A DNA stretch of 64,000 nt from assembly GCF_000315625.1 (NCBI RefSeq), contig NW_005434605.1, positions 52,407 through 116,406 on the forward strand, in the 5' to 3' direction. Position 1 is the first letter of the stretch; each line of letters begins with the position of its first letter. Below are positions 31,832 to 44,200 of this stretch, one piece after another. Origin of the DNA: Guillardia theta CCMP2712 (lineage: Eukaryota > Protista > Cryptophyta). Both the position numbers and the translations under genes were made by a program. The notes under the pieces were generated by a model. The model saw only the letters and a program-made list of their open reading frames with translations. It ran no database searches and was not told the DNA's origin.

Positions 31832-34800
31832 TCAGCGACTTGCGCTCATGATGCTCTTGAAGTGGCTGATTCGAACAGCCGTCTCCTTGAAGCTGCTCAT
31901 GCGCCATGTCAGTCAGCTGCTGAGGGGTTGAGAGGAGGGATACCTCTTCCTCGACGTCCGCTCCTTGCTGTAGTCTCCTTGCTGCGGGGCCCGGCGTCAG
32001 GAGAGTGACAGTGACAGGCCTGAGAGGCGGAGCTCACAGCAACGAGGTCCGCGAACGCGAGCGAGGAGGCCCTTGGCGGCTTGACCGTCTCAGGAGACCG
32101 CAAGGAGACGGAGGATTGAAAGTCAACGATCTTGGAGTGCGACTTCAGCCTGACCTGCGCCGTCCTCTCACTTCCTCTCCTCTCCCCGTCTCTTTCTCAC
32201 CTCCGGTGAGGTGTAGTTGTAGTCTGTGAGAGGGACTGGCAAGTGGCTGCTGTAGAACGAGTCCGCGTGCAGGCGACCGATCCCCAACTTGGGGAGGAGA
32301 GGCCGCTGAGGAGGACCTCCAACGATCCACTGCACGAGGAGGAGGTGAGAGGGGAGCAGGGTGAAGTCAGACTACCTGTGACGCCTCTGCATGCGACAGG
32401 CTCTTCTCCCTCACGTATCGAACCTTCCCCGTGCTGCGGGGATGCATGCTCTCGTTCTGGGAGGAAGCAATGAAAAGTTTGCCGCCACGACGTGACTTGC
32501 TTTCCTCCATGTCGACCAGGCTGCTGGCTCTACCAATGGGAATGAGAGGAGGAATAGCACGGGAATTCGTCTCACCCGTTCCCAAACTGCGGACTTGAAG
32601 TTCGCGGCTGCTGCCGGGAGCGGCTGAAGATGTTTGGGAAGAGAGCCTTCGATTGAACAGTCTCAATGATCATTGTCCGTAGCTCATCCTGATCGAGAGA
32701 CCTGTCGTTTCCCATCGTGAGGAGGAGTAAGGAAAGGGAGGTCAGAGTCAAGAGGAGGGGAGAAAGAAACACTCACTGTCGTTGCGGGAAAGTGATTTTC
32801 CTCTCCTTGATCAGATGACTCATTGCAATGATGTCTCCCTCAATCAGCGTCTTCTCCACCGCGCTCCGCATCTCTTCCTTTCTCCTCCTCCTCCCCTCGT
32901 CCAGGATCCAAAACCACTCGCACATCGAGTTTCCCAGCAGCCGCATCCTCCCTGCCCGATGGAACCTGGCAACGATTCCTCTACCTCGCTCGGCCCACCG
33001 CACAAAGTCGCGCCAGTCGATGATGGCGATGTGCAGGCCGCGCCTGAGGAAGCGAGAGATTGTAGGAGAGCTCTTGGCGAGGCTGAGCTGATGAGAGTAG
33101 TGGGAAGACATGGTGACGTCTTGCCACTTGTCGTAGCAGAGCATGAAGGCCTTGGTCCTTGCTCTCGAAAGCACGGCTCTTACCTTCCTGCAGTAATACG
33201 CGAAGCCCATGAGCGTCACGACCAGCCTGTGCTTGAGGAGGAGGCAGTGCCTCTCCTTGATCTTCCATGCCACGAGCTTGTGGAACTTGGCCCGCTGATG
33301 ATACGTGAGGAGCTTGCGAACAGACTTGAACAGCGACAAGTTGGTCCAACAGGCCACCACGTGCCTGATGATCGCTCGATCTATACCAAGGTCCTCCACG
33401 TGCTGCGCGTAATGCAGGAAAGCAGCGCGCAGCTCCCTGGTGTGCATTCGATGGCGAATGCTCGCAAGCACTTGTGCCTCCCTCTTCCTATCGAGGAACG
33501 AGGAGATCCAAGAGCTCAGGTGGAACCACAGGCTCGTGTTCTTGAACCTTTGAGAGGCAGATGAGAGGAGGAGGGGAGGTGGCGGCAGAATCATACCTCA
33601 TCGCTGCTCGCTTGTTCTTTGACCAGAGTGATTTCCACTCCTCAAACATCAACGACATCGTCTCTCCCGAGATGTAGGACACGATGGACGAGAATTTCTC
33701 GCGAACCTGCGGAGAGAAAGTGAGCAGGAGAGATTGGAGCACGTGGTTGCTTCACCTCCTCAAAGACGCTCATCGCTTCCTCGTAACTTTGAATCCACAA
33801 CTTTAGACATCGCCAAAGGGCCCCCTGGCTCCATCTCTTCAACGCCGCCTTCCGCCGAGATACAACAAGGTTCCACTCTTTCAGCATGATCATCTGCAAA
33901 GCACCAAACAAATCCTTCAGGAAACGTCGAAATATCAGCTGCATCCATCACCCCCATCGTCGCTCCTATCCCAACAACAACTCCTTGCAGCTTGTTGGTC
34001 ACTTCGCCATACAGAAGTCGGTGGTCTTCCAGCAAGCTTGACCACGACACGAAGGCCCAGCTCAACGTCGACTTGAACCACTTCATCGCAGCCTTCTTCC
34101 TGCTCCTGATAGCTCTTCTCCACAGCTGGTTGAAACATCACGCGATCTCCTGAAGACAACCAGACTTTCACCTTGAAGGTTTCTTCTTTCAACCTTGCGT
34201 TCATTCTGACATGCGACTTCAAATGCGACGAGGCGACTGTGCGCTTCATATTCACCACCTGGAGGTTTCAGTCAGGAGCTCAGGAAGACCGAGTGAAAAG
34301 AGCTTTCCTGCAGCCATAGGGGAAAGAATGTTTTCCATATCTTGAATCTAGAGGACAATCCACTTTCGATCTTCTTCGAGATTCTGCCAGCCCATCAATG
34401 TGCATCTTCCTTTCAAACTTCAAGAATACCTTGTCATCTCTCGCTTCCAATGCAAGGCAGCCAGGAGCGCTTCGAATGCCTGCAGTCCGTGCTTAGCGAG
34501 CAGGTTGCTCTCGCCCCGGACTCTGCTTCTTCACCTTGGCAACAAGAGTCTTTGATGTGTTCAACCCAACCTTCCCAGCAATCCCTCGAATCTTCTTGCT
34601 CTGAAGACAACATAACTACAAGAAATCACCGTGAAACTTTCAAAACTCTCACACCTGCTCCTTGAACTTATACCATTTCATGTAGCACTTCACCCATATC
34701 GGTGATCGGATGAAGGAGATCAAACGGAACAACTCCTCTTGTCCCAAGAACGCGTCGTTAGACTCTTCGATCCTCGACATCGTCATCCTAGTCTGTGGTC

Positions 34801-35949
34801 CGCAGGTCAGCAACATCACCATCAACAACAACTCACCTTGATCCTGCAGGTTGTGAGGTGATCGGATTGCGAGCGACGGAATTTATAGATGTCTTTCAGC
34901 GAGGTAATGCTGAACTCTTTACCGTCCTTGTCCAAAGGTGGGAGGCTTTGCACAAAATCCAGAAAGTGGGCGAGGGTTGCTTCGCGAAAGTCATAGTCTT
35001 CCAGCTTCGATATGATTGTCTTCAAAGTTTTTCCCAGTCAGCAACAACATTATCACAGCCCTTGTTAGCAGACCTTCCCGACGTCATTCGCAATTGCAAG
35101 TTTATGTTCAAGGTCTGAAGTCCAATGCTGTTACTACTACTGATTGGGTGCTGGGAGATTTCACCTTCACGCTCCTCATTCAACACGGCCAACTTCTCCT
35201 CGTCTCTCTTTGCATCTTCTTCATCGTTTACCTTGACACCCTCAAGTAAGTACATGAAGCTCAGGCTTTTCAACCTGTACTGGCACAACTCACCGAACTT
35301 TCTGGGCCCTTGCCTTCGACCTCGATGTTTTGATGGACTTCATCTTCCGCTGAAGAATCTCTTGGCTGTCGTTTCCCTGTCCTGAACATTTCATTCTGCA
35401 TGGACAGTATGAGCAACTCAAAGCAACGTCGGTCATTACCTGAGCTTCAAGTTCTTCTACTGTCATCCCAACCTTGGCCGCGTATTCAGCAAGCTGCTTT
35501 CTCCTCTTCCTCTGCTTTTCTCTCTTGTTGATCTCGGAGATGCCTTCTCTGACGACACCGAGCTTGCTCTCCAGCTCATTAATCAGCAGGTTATTCATCT
35601 TCTTCTGTGCGTTCAGTCGATCGGCATTCTCGCTGGAGAACTTCATGTTCCTTCGCTCACTCGAGATGATCTCCTTGAGGACTGACATGGTCGCAACTCC
35701 TGTCACCCTCCCATCGCTCCCGACAACCGTCAGCGTCTCGTCTGCCATCCTCCTCCGCTCCAGCTTGCTGTATCCCTTGTCCTGTAGGAAGAGCGAGAAC
35801 GACTTTCCAAGATACTCGATCGTCGGCTTCGAGTGTGTCTTCCTGGTCACCTCCAGGTAGACGCCCAACAAAGTGCTGTAGTACGAGTTCCTCCGAACGC
35901 CATGCTCCCTCCCTCCCGTTGGGGTCTCCGCTAGGCCCTTCCTCGACAT
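31832..35949 (-). CDS. Large multi-exon coiled-coil protein with Sfi1-like (centrin-binding) Trp repeats; 3' end approximate
   Basis: Periodic basic helical repeats ending in F/L-x-x-W: TLSWAFVSW, IMLKEW, LWRCLKLW, MSLMFEEW, FMLCYDKW, HIAIIDW, GNSMCEW. N-terminal coiled coil. Confidence 0.55.
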
Positions 35950-36024
35950 GGTTGATGGGCAAGTAGGATCTACTTTTTCCTTGCAGCTCCCTCCGCCTCC
36001 CGTTCCCCTTTGCCCTCCTCTTCT

Positions 36025-36113
36025 CCCTCCTCCTCCTCCTCCTCCTCCTCCTCCTCCTCCTCCTCCTCCTCCTCCTCCTCCTCCTCCTCCTCCTCCTCCT
36101 CCTCCTCCTCCTC
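36025..36113. repeat. (CCT)n microsatellite
   Basis: About 29 perfect copies. Confidence 0.97.
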
Positions 36114-36236
36114 TTCATCCCCTGCAACCTCCACCTCGATTACTCTTTCCTGCTCCGTCCTCCTTCACCTTGTCCCCACCTCTGGTCTACTCTCTCCTTC
36201 TTGCTGCAAAAGTTTTGGTTACATCCACGACTTCAG

Positions 36237-36762
36237 GCTGGGATTGCTGCAGCGCTGGCAGCTGAGAGCGGAGATTTCACAGTGGAGGAGGACGATGGGA
36301 GGAAGTGGAGGATCAGAGACTTGTTCGCCGGGAACTTCGAGCTCTTGTCCTCGGCAGTGAGCTCCGACTAATAAGTGAAGACGCTGCTGACGCACTTTCT
36401 CCCCTGCTAGCTGAGACAAGGAGCAGGGCTGAAGATCTGTGAGGCCCAAGGGGGCTACTTCCTGGTCAGACGCCCCTTGCTCCCTGCAACACGCTCTTGT
36501 CACGCGCGCGGCAGGTGGCGGAGACGGACGGGATGCGAGACGTGGACTTTTGCAGGAAGCTGGCGCAGGAGAAGGGAGTAGTTTGCACTCCCCTCTCGCC
36601 CTTCTACCTCAATATGCAGCCAGAGGTTCAGAAGCTCCTCCCACTGCCTTCCCCGCTGACTCTGCGCAGGATACCTGCAAGCTGGTTCGCTTCACCATCT
36701 GCAAGTCCCGCTCGTACATAGAAGAGGCTTGCAGGAAGATCAGGAGGGAGACGAAGATATAG
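36237..36762 (+). pseudogene. 3' fragment of a class I/II PLP aminotransferase (kynurenine/methionine aminotransferase-like); truncated or misassembled
   Basis: Four GT-AG-joined exons give AGIAAALAAE...FELLSSA|LRQGAGLKICEAQGGYFL|VAETDGMRDVDFCRKLAQEKGVVCTPLSPFY...|DTCKLVRFTICKSRSYIEEACRKI*. No upstream exons were found. Confidence 0.7.
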
Positions 36763-36868
36763 GAAGCAAGTGGTCAGTCAATCTCTCAGCGTCTTCCGAT
36801 TCTTGCATATAAGAAAGAACAAGAAACCGTCGCAGTACATGTACATGTCCCCAAATTCTTTCCTCCTC

Positions 36869-39800
36869 TCACGCGCTCGCTTGCGTCATCGCCGTCCCCG
36901 AGCTCTTCACTGCTCCGAGAGTCTGAACCGTCCGGACTCGGAGAGAAGTCGCCGGCCCCCCATCCCAGCAGTTCCCCCGATTGTCGAGGATGTCTGCGCT
37001 GATGCTGACTGAGTAAGAGCCGAGCGCTTGCGATACGGGGAGGAGGCAGGAGGTCGACACGGACCCTCCCTTGCACCGCAGCTTGAACTGCATGCTCTGA
37101 GGAAACTTAGCAGTCGTGCCCTTGGGGTCCAGCGCATCATAATTGATCACGACAGAGAGGACGATGTATGTAATCTGCATCAGTGTCAGTTGACCCCCCC
37201 CTCCCCCTCCCACCCGCTCTTCCTTCGCTTTCTCCCTCCCCCTCTCCCCCTCTCCCTCCTTCTCCCTCTCCACCTGGGAACTCCACGACTGTCTAGTGTG
37301 GAGGTTGACGATGGTGGCTTCGATCTTTAGGACGCATCCGATGCCAAGTTGAGTCTCGATCGGCTCCATGGCGCTGGAGGTCGGAGGGATCAGAACGAGG
37401 AAAGAAGGCGAGAACATGTCGAGTCACCTCTTAGGGCTCGGCAGGGACTTGATGTCCACGTAGACAGGGTTGGAAGTGTCCAGGAAGCTCGGGGGCACGA
37501 GCAGCGGGAGTTTGTTTAGCGCGCCCATGACATGCAGGAATGCCTGCACCCGGTGAAGATCCGACAGCTCCCCACGCTCGCTGTCGTTCCCTTCCATCGT
37601 CTCCCGCCCGCTTTCCGCGAAGAGGTCCGTCAACCACTTCATCAGCGCCTTGCACGTTTGAGCCGGCAACATCGCCAGCACAGTCTGCTTCTCTCTGGTA
37701 ATGATGCTCTCCACGATCGAATCCCATCCATCTACAAAGACAACTTGTCAATCAATGAAATACGACGACGAGAAGGAGGAGCAAGACTGACAGATCAAGT
37801 TCTCCTTGTCCTCGTTGAGGAACATAACGGAGGCAACTCGGGCAATGAAAGCTTGACAGATCGCATGTTGCTCAAGACACATCTCACTCTGCGCGTCTGT
37901 TCCTGTCATAGAGAGTCATTAGAATCCTCGACAATGAACTAGAAGTTCACCAAATCTGCATCGCCTGAGCTCCAAAATCTTGTCCTTAGCAACCTCCAAC
38001 GATCTGATTGCTTCTGATATCATCTTACATTCGTGCAATTCTGCAGAAAAAATTAAATCGAAGCGTATACACGACAGGTTAACCTTCAGTGTCACTGTGC
38101 TGCACTTTTTGACTTGGATCGAGCGGTCGGAAATCGAGCCAGTCCCAGACTGCGAGTCTGAAGTTTCTTATTCAGCAACGACAGACTACAAGCTCGGATC
38201 TTATCACCTGAGCCTCGACAGGGCGTCGTTGGAGGTGATCAAAGCCTTGAGGTATCGTTTCTGGAAGGTGAAAGTCTTGGAGCTCGGGCCAACAACATAC
38301 ATCTGTTGAGCCGCCTGCAGAATTCTCCTCTCAACCAAATTGCTACTGAGTGAGAGCACAAGACCTCCTGGAGCTTCTCGACCGTCATCGAGTAATTTTC
38401 AGAGGTTCTAATCTCTTCAGCCTATTGTGATTACAACCAATGTCAGACGGACGTCTCTCCTAGCTCCCCAAGACCTCGGCCAGGAAGTAGAGGGAGGACA
38501 TCCATGCTCGCATGCGGACGCTTTCAACCTTCCTGAAATCGGAAGTGAAACCAGCAGAATGGAAGCGATCAAGGTTCACGTTTTCAGCTCGTCGATTAAA
38601 GGCAGAGCGAGCTTAAGATATCCCATGACAAACGCACTCCTCAACAACCTTCGAACTTGCCATCAAGACGATAGAGTAGAAAGCGCTGAAAATGTACACC
38701 ACCTGTAACCGTTCCAAGGATTCTCTCTCAACGCAGACAAGCACTTGCTCTTAATCATTTGAATCGTTTCCACCTTCAACCACAAACAATCATGTCTCAG
38801 CCATCCACCTGCCACTCTTCACCTGAGACTTCAAGTTCGACATTCCAAGAAACATGATGGACTTCACGAGGCTCAAGAACAACACCTTCACCATGTTGTT
38901 TCAGTTGCAACGCACATGAGCAAGTCAAGATAGCAGTACTGGATTCTCCGAGCCTCTGGGACACTCAAACAACTTTCGAATCAGATCGTTCTAAAGCACC
39001 TGATCATCTCCTCATCCCACCATGAACGCATTACCATCAAGTGCGGAAATTGACTTGCACATAACGACAGACTTTGACAAGATGCTTCTAGCGCGCGATG
39101 GGGATCACCCTTCTCCCTGATACCGAATGAGCAGGATTGTTGAGTTTCAGCAATGGAATACCATGTTGTGTTGATGGCTTCACAAAAGGAACCCACAACA
39201 CGGGAGCAAAGCGTCATCTGTGCAGCGAGACTCTCTGCACTCCTTTTCGATGATGCAGAATTGGTCGGAAAGATTTCGAGTAGAGTATGCATCAAGGTAA
39301 TGTCTTCTTTGTTCAAACTTCCAGTTTCTTGCAACATTGTTGATCCGCAAGTCAAAACCTTTCAAAAACAAAATCACAAGGTCCCTCATAGCATCTGATT
39401 ACAAACCTTGGATTGAAATGAATACAAGTCCTCAGAAGAATCGCAAGATTCTTGCTCAACCAACACGACCTGAATTAGCGTCATTGGCATTCTCCATCCT
39501 AACACTCATACCGTTGCAAGCATTGCACAAGTAAACTTTCTCAATCGAATATCTTCAGACCACGGAACTGAAGACGAGCAAATGTATTGGAGAAGATCTC
39601 CTATCACAGTATCCGTACGAGACACCTTCCTCGCCCGCACCAACGAACTCTAAAGGAGAGATCGCATTCGATCAGTACAGCACACGAAACAGTTTCGGAT
39701 GCACACACCATCATGCGAATGCAGGATTCCTGCACTTCGATGCATTTCGACGTTCGGGCAACGGCAACGATGTCGTCATGTGGACAATCAAAAACAAAAG

Positions 39801-40725
39801 CTGCGCTAGACACTAATGTTGAAAGGCAGTGCGCTGCCATCGACTGGACTTCACTTCGTTCATCGGTCTTCATGTACTCTAGCATGAGCTTGATGAGCTG
39901 CTCATGTCGTATGCTGCTCTTGATCGACAACTGAGAAAGAGTTCTGAGGGAGACAAGAACGATGGGCAGCATGGGATAGCGATCCAAAACATCTGTGAGA
40001 AGAACCCAAGAATCCAACGCAGTGACAGGATCACCGCACATGTACTCCAGGGAGGAAATCAGCTGCAATCTTTGCATGAGAGGCGTTTCAAGAGCTAAGA
40101 CGATTTCACGAATGAGACTGAGCGTGTCGCTTGCAAAGGAGATTGAGACTCGGCAAAGCTCTTTGATGCAGAATATGCAGGCGGAGACCTCTGATTCATT
40201 TGGAGACCGGATCGCGTTTCTGACATCGCTATGGATTCTCTTGTCATCAACAAGGAGGATCGCCATGCATGCAAACATCCTGATAGCGAGAGATCGCGCT
40301 GCTGGATCAATCTCGTTCTCAAACACATGATGCACTCTTTTCACCAGGCGCTCGGCGTTAAACACCCTAACCAGAAGTTTCCTGCACTTCTCAAAGACCT
40401 TCAGGACACAAAACCGGATGGTGTTATCGCCGCTCTTGAAGATATCACCAAGTTTCAGGAAAATGCTGTTGCAGACAGAGGTAGTCGGATAACTCGATAG
40501 AATGTTCACAAAGCTGGCAACTGCAGAACATCTGGAGGGAAATTATGACGGCAACGACTACTCAGAGGTTACCTGACGGCAGGAGTCGATGTCTTGCTAT
40601 TCAAGAGCTTGTCCAACTCTATGATAGCACTCTGTATCTCATGTTAGATGCACGATAACGACAGAATTTCAAAGACTTCGAACCTGCTGCTCCCTCTCTG
40701 TGGTGACCGTGTTTGGAAGAACCAT
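36869..40725 (-). CDS. INTS7: Integrator complex subunit 7, multi-exon
   Basis: MVLPNTVTTEREQQ|SAIIELDKLLNS...YPTTSVCNSIFLKLGDIFKSGDNTIRFCVLKV...DPAARSLAIRMF...SPNESEVSACIF. C-terminal ILDNRGNCWDGGP matches the INTS7 beta-domain end. Confidence 0.85.
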
Positions 40726-41141
40726 GGACAATTGTGTGAGGTAAAAGAACTAAGACCAGCAGCTCCGCTCAAACAAACAGTGAGGAGAGGGATGAAGAGG
40801 AGGAGGAGGGATGGTGCAGAAGATCTGACAGGATTCGCCAGCGTCCATGCGCGCCCTGCCAACTAAGATGGCCCAGCATGAGGCAGAGGACGGCGCAGGA
40901 GAGATGATCCGAGTCTGCCTCAGAGCAATGTATAGAGAGGTTATGAGCCTTCCACTCCTTTTTTGTGTGTAAAACTTTATATCGTGCTGTATGAGCTTGG
41001 ATCGTTTCGGCCCGATACTACCAGACGCTTGCCATGGCGGCGTTAATGGACAAGTGAGAGGAAAGAAGAGCCGAAGGTGCGGGAGACCCTTGAACCCTCT
41101 GAGAACATGATCAACGTGTGTAATGGTTGACTGCCAACGAT

Positions 41142-41207
41142 CTCAGTCGTGACCTCTTCAGTCTGTGTTCTGCACTCAGTCGTGACCTCTTCAGTCTGTG
41201 TTCTGCA
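41142..41207. repeat. Perfect 33-bp tandem duplication
   Basis: CTCAGTCGTGACCTCTTCAGTCTGTGTTCTGCA twice (41142-41174, 41175-41207). Confidence 0.95.
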
Positions 41208-41287
41208 ACATGCTGATTGACGCCTACAGATCCCGCAATCTATTGGTACACACTTGAACTGGAGCTGTTCTGTTGGCTGCGAAGGCA

Positions 41288-44200
41288 ATGTCGTTCTTCG
41301 ACGTGTCAAAAGCTACAAATTCGTTAGAAGCATGGAGCAAATGGTTGATTGATAGAGTTCATCTTCTTATGCCTTCCGCTCCAAGTGATGAGCTTGATAA
41401 ATTTTTGAAAAGTCAGCAGACACTGTAAGTTGCGATCCTGATACTGCAAACTCGTTAATGAATCATTTTTAGATCAATTCTTGACAAATATCTTGAGAGA
41501 GATAATCAGAAATTTCTTGTCATATGCCGTAATGGAAGCAAGTACAGTATCCACAACTCCTGCCCTCAAGATGCCTTCACTTCGGTACGCCATGGTCTGC
41601 ATGAGCAAGGCTCATGACAAGGTTTCAGGGACTCTTGCTGACAAAGAGGGTGGCAAAGGAGGGGGAGAAGCAAATATTGAGTATCAGCATGACTCAGATA
41701 GATGGCAAAAGAACACTTCAAAACGCTTTGCACTTGGCTCGGGATTTGTATTATCCGCTGATCCGCCATGCTGCTGCGAGGGTATTGTACTTTGAGTGCG
41801 CTTGAGAGTTTGATCTCGGAGTCTGCAGGAAGGCTGGCCGGACGTGATTGCAAAAGAAATTCAAGAAGAGCTGCAACGATTCATGTCAGCTACCTACATC
41901 ACAATAGGTGCCAACGAAATGCTGAGGTGACTTGAATGGGGGAGATGAAATGATGGGGTTACAAGGAAACATCGCCGGAAATACCTATCTGCCTTTGCCA
42001 TACTTTGGGACTGAAGACATAGAGATCAAGGAAGAAATCAGTGGATACAACGACAAAGAAAGGTTGTGCTGAAATCATACTCTTGTGGAAAACTGATGAT
42101 GTACATTTCGTGCATAGGATCCATGTTATAGAAAACTCGATAGTTCTTTGGACAAAGCAAATCAAAGATGTCTTGCTACTCAATCCCGAGGTAAACGTGA
42201 GAAAGTCCTGATTCAAACCTTACAATCGACCGTAGACCATCTTCAAGCAAGGCTTTCCCCGTCCAGGTGACACGACCATGTTTGCTTCTCTAGACCAGTA
42301 ATGGCCTGAATGCGACAGAGGTGGAGCTAGAGTTTTGGTCCAAACAAGCCAAAAAGCTTAATTCGATCTCTCATCAGGTGCATGTCAAATAGTTCACCTC
42401 AGTACTCAGTACTAACTCGCATCTATTTGAAGTTGGAGAGCTCGAGATTTGATAAGATAATGCAAATCCTAGAAATAAGCAAAAGTACCTTCTTTCCAGG
42501 TTTTCCCTCTTGCGATATAGAAACTTGATTGACCGGTCTCTGACGGATTATTTTGAATGCAGCGTTCAGCAGACTATGCAAAGAAGTCAAAACAGCACAA
42601 GAAGAAGCAAATGACAATGTATTGTATCTTAGACCAGCCAACAAGATTTATTCAGCAATAATGGTTTTCTTCTTCATCCTTCTCTTGTCAGGATCTTACC
42701 ATTTGTTATTTGCACAGGTTGACAGTGTAACTACGATGAGACAAAGGTTCAATGTCATTATGCATGTCACATTACTTGTTTGGAAGCACTCAAAATTCTA
42801 CAACACGCAAGGTAGACTAGTCCTCCTTATAAGGGAAATTTGCAACGAGATAATCATCCGTTCGAGGAGGCAAGGAGTTGAATGTCTCATAGATACACTT
42901 GATTGACAACAATACCAGGTACATGGGGAATGAAATATGGACTTCGGAGCCTGAACATGCTATAGGGATGGTGTATGATGTTATCGAATCTTGCGAAAAC
43001 TTCAAACAGGTCTATCAAAAATTCAAAGAAAGATCAATTGCAGAGTGTCCTGACAATCCATGGAGATTTCAAAATGACGTTCTCTTCGAAAAACTTGACA
43101 ATTTTCTGGAAAGATGTAACGATGTCCTGAACCTGATGACCAACCTCAATGACTTTAAGACCTTGAAGTATTTAGAAATCGGGGGTTCAAAAGGAAAGAC
43201 TTTAACTTCAAGTGTATATCAAATTAATTCAGATTTTGAGATCTGCGTCTTGAATTTTCAAAATGCCAACATCGACATATTTGATGCAGAATCGAGATTA
43301 TTTGATGAATCGTATTTCGCATTCAAGATCAGGGTTGACGAGGTAGCCAAATTTGAGCTTGTTATTTCTGCGCTGATAGGTTTGTGCAGCTTGAGAGACG
43401 CCTTGCCTCTGTCATTGTTCAAGCATTCGAAGATTGCTCCACAATAATTGGAAAGTTGAAGTTGTTACAAAGCTTTGGAAACTTGTTGCATCGGGATGTG
43501 TTGCAAGCTGAGCTACAGTCAAAACACACGCAGCTCTTCCGGGAATATTTGCAGGTGACCCATGCTCGAGCAGTTTTGGCTTTAGTTATGATATCAGTGT
43601 TTGCAGGACATCCAGCAAGTGATAGAAATTTTCAACTCAGGCAAATCTCTCAGCCGTTTTCATTACAATTCTCCTCCTCATGCAGGTGCTGTCATGTGGT
43701 CACGTGGTCTGCTCGAAAGAATCCAAGAGCCAATGCTCAAGTTTCGACAGATATACAGCAAACAATTCAATAGGTCTGAAGGTCAAGACATCCAAAATTT
43801 GTATTCTACAACATCACATCAGTTAAGAGCTTTCGAAGACGAACATATATCACAATGGTCAGAAAATATTCTTAACATATCCGAGGAAAAATTGAAAATG
43901 CCATTGTTGAAAAGGATTTCAGGGAAGGATATGAACCTTTTGTCAGTCAACTTTGATCCCGCTTTAGTCTGTTTGCTGAGGGAAGTGAGGTACTTTGTTT
44001 CGCTAGCGATATCTGTTCCTGAAGCTGCTCGGACCTTGTTTTTGAATGAGGAAAAATTTAGAATACAGTCAGGAAATCTTGACCTGATCGTGGTGAGGTA
44101 CAACAAAATTTTACAAATGTTGAGTCAAGTTGAAAAGAGGCTGATACAAACAAGAATAGATGCTATTGACAAAATTCTTGAAAATGGGTTGACTAATATA

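Noticed and set aside
40868-41057. Small possible spliced ORF MAQHEAEDGAGEMIRVCLRAMYRE upstream of dynein
   Set aside because: Too short, no homology recognised, and could not be joined confidently to the dynein frame.
41142-41207. 33-bp repeat of CRISPR-like length
   Set aside because: Two adjacent copies, no spacer, no cas genes, eukaryotic context.
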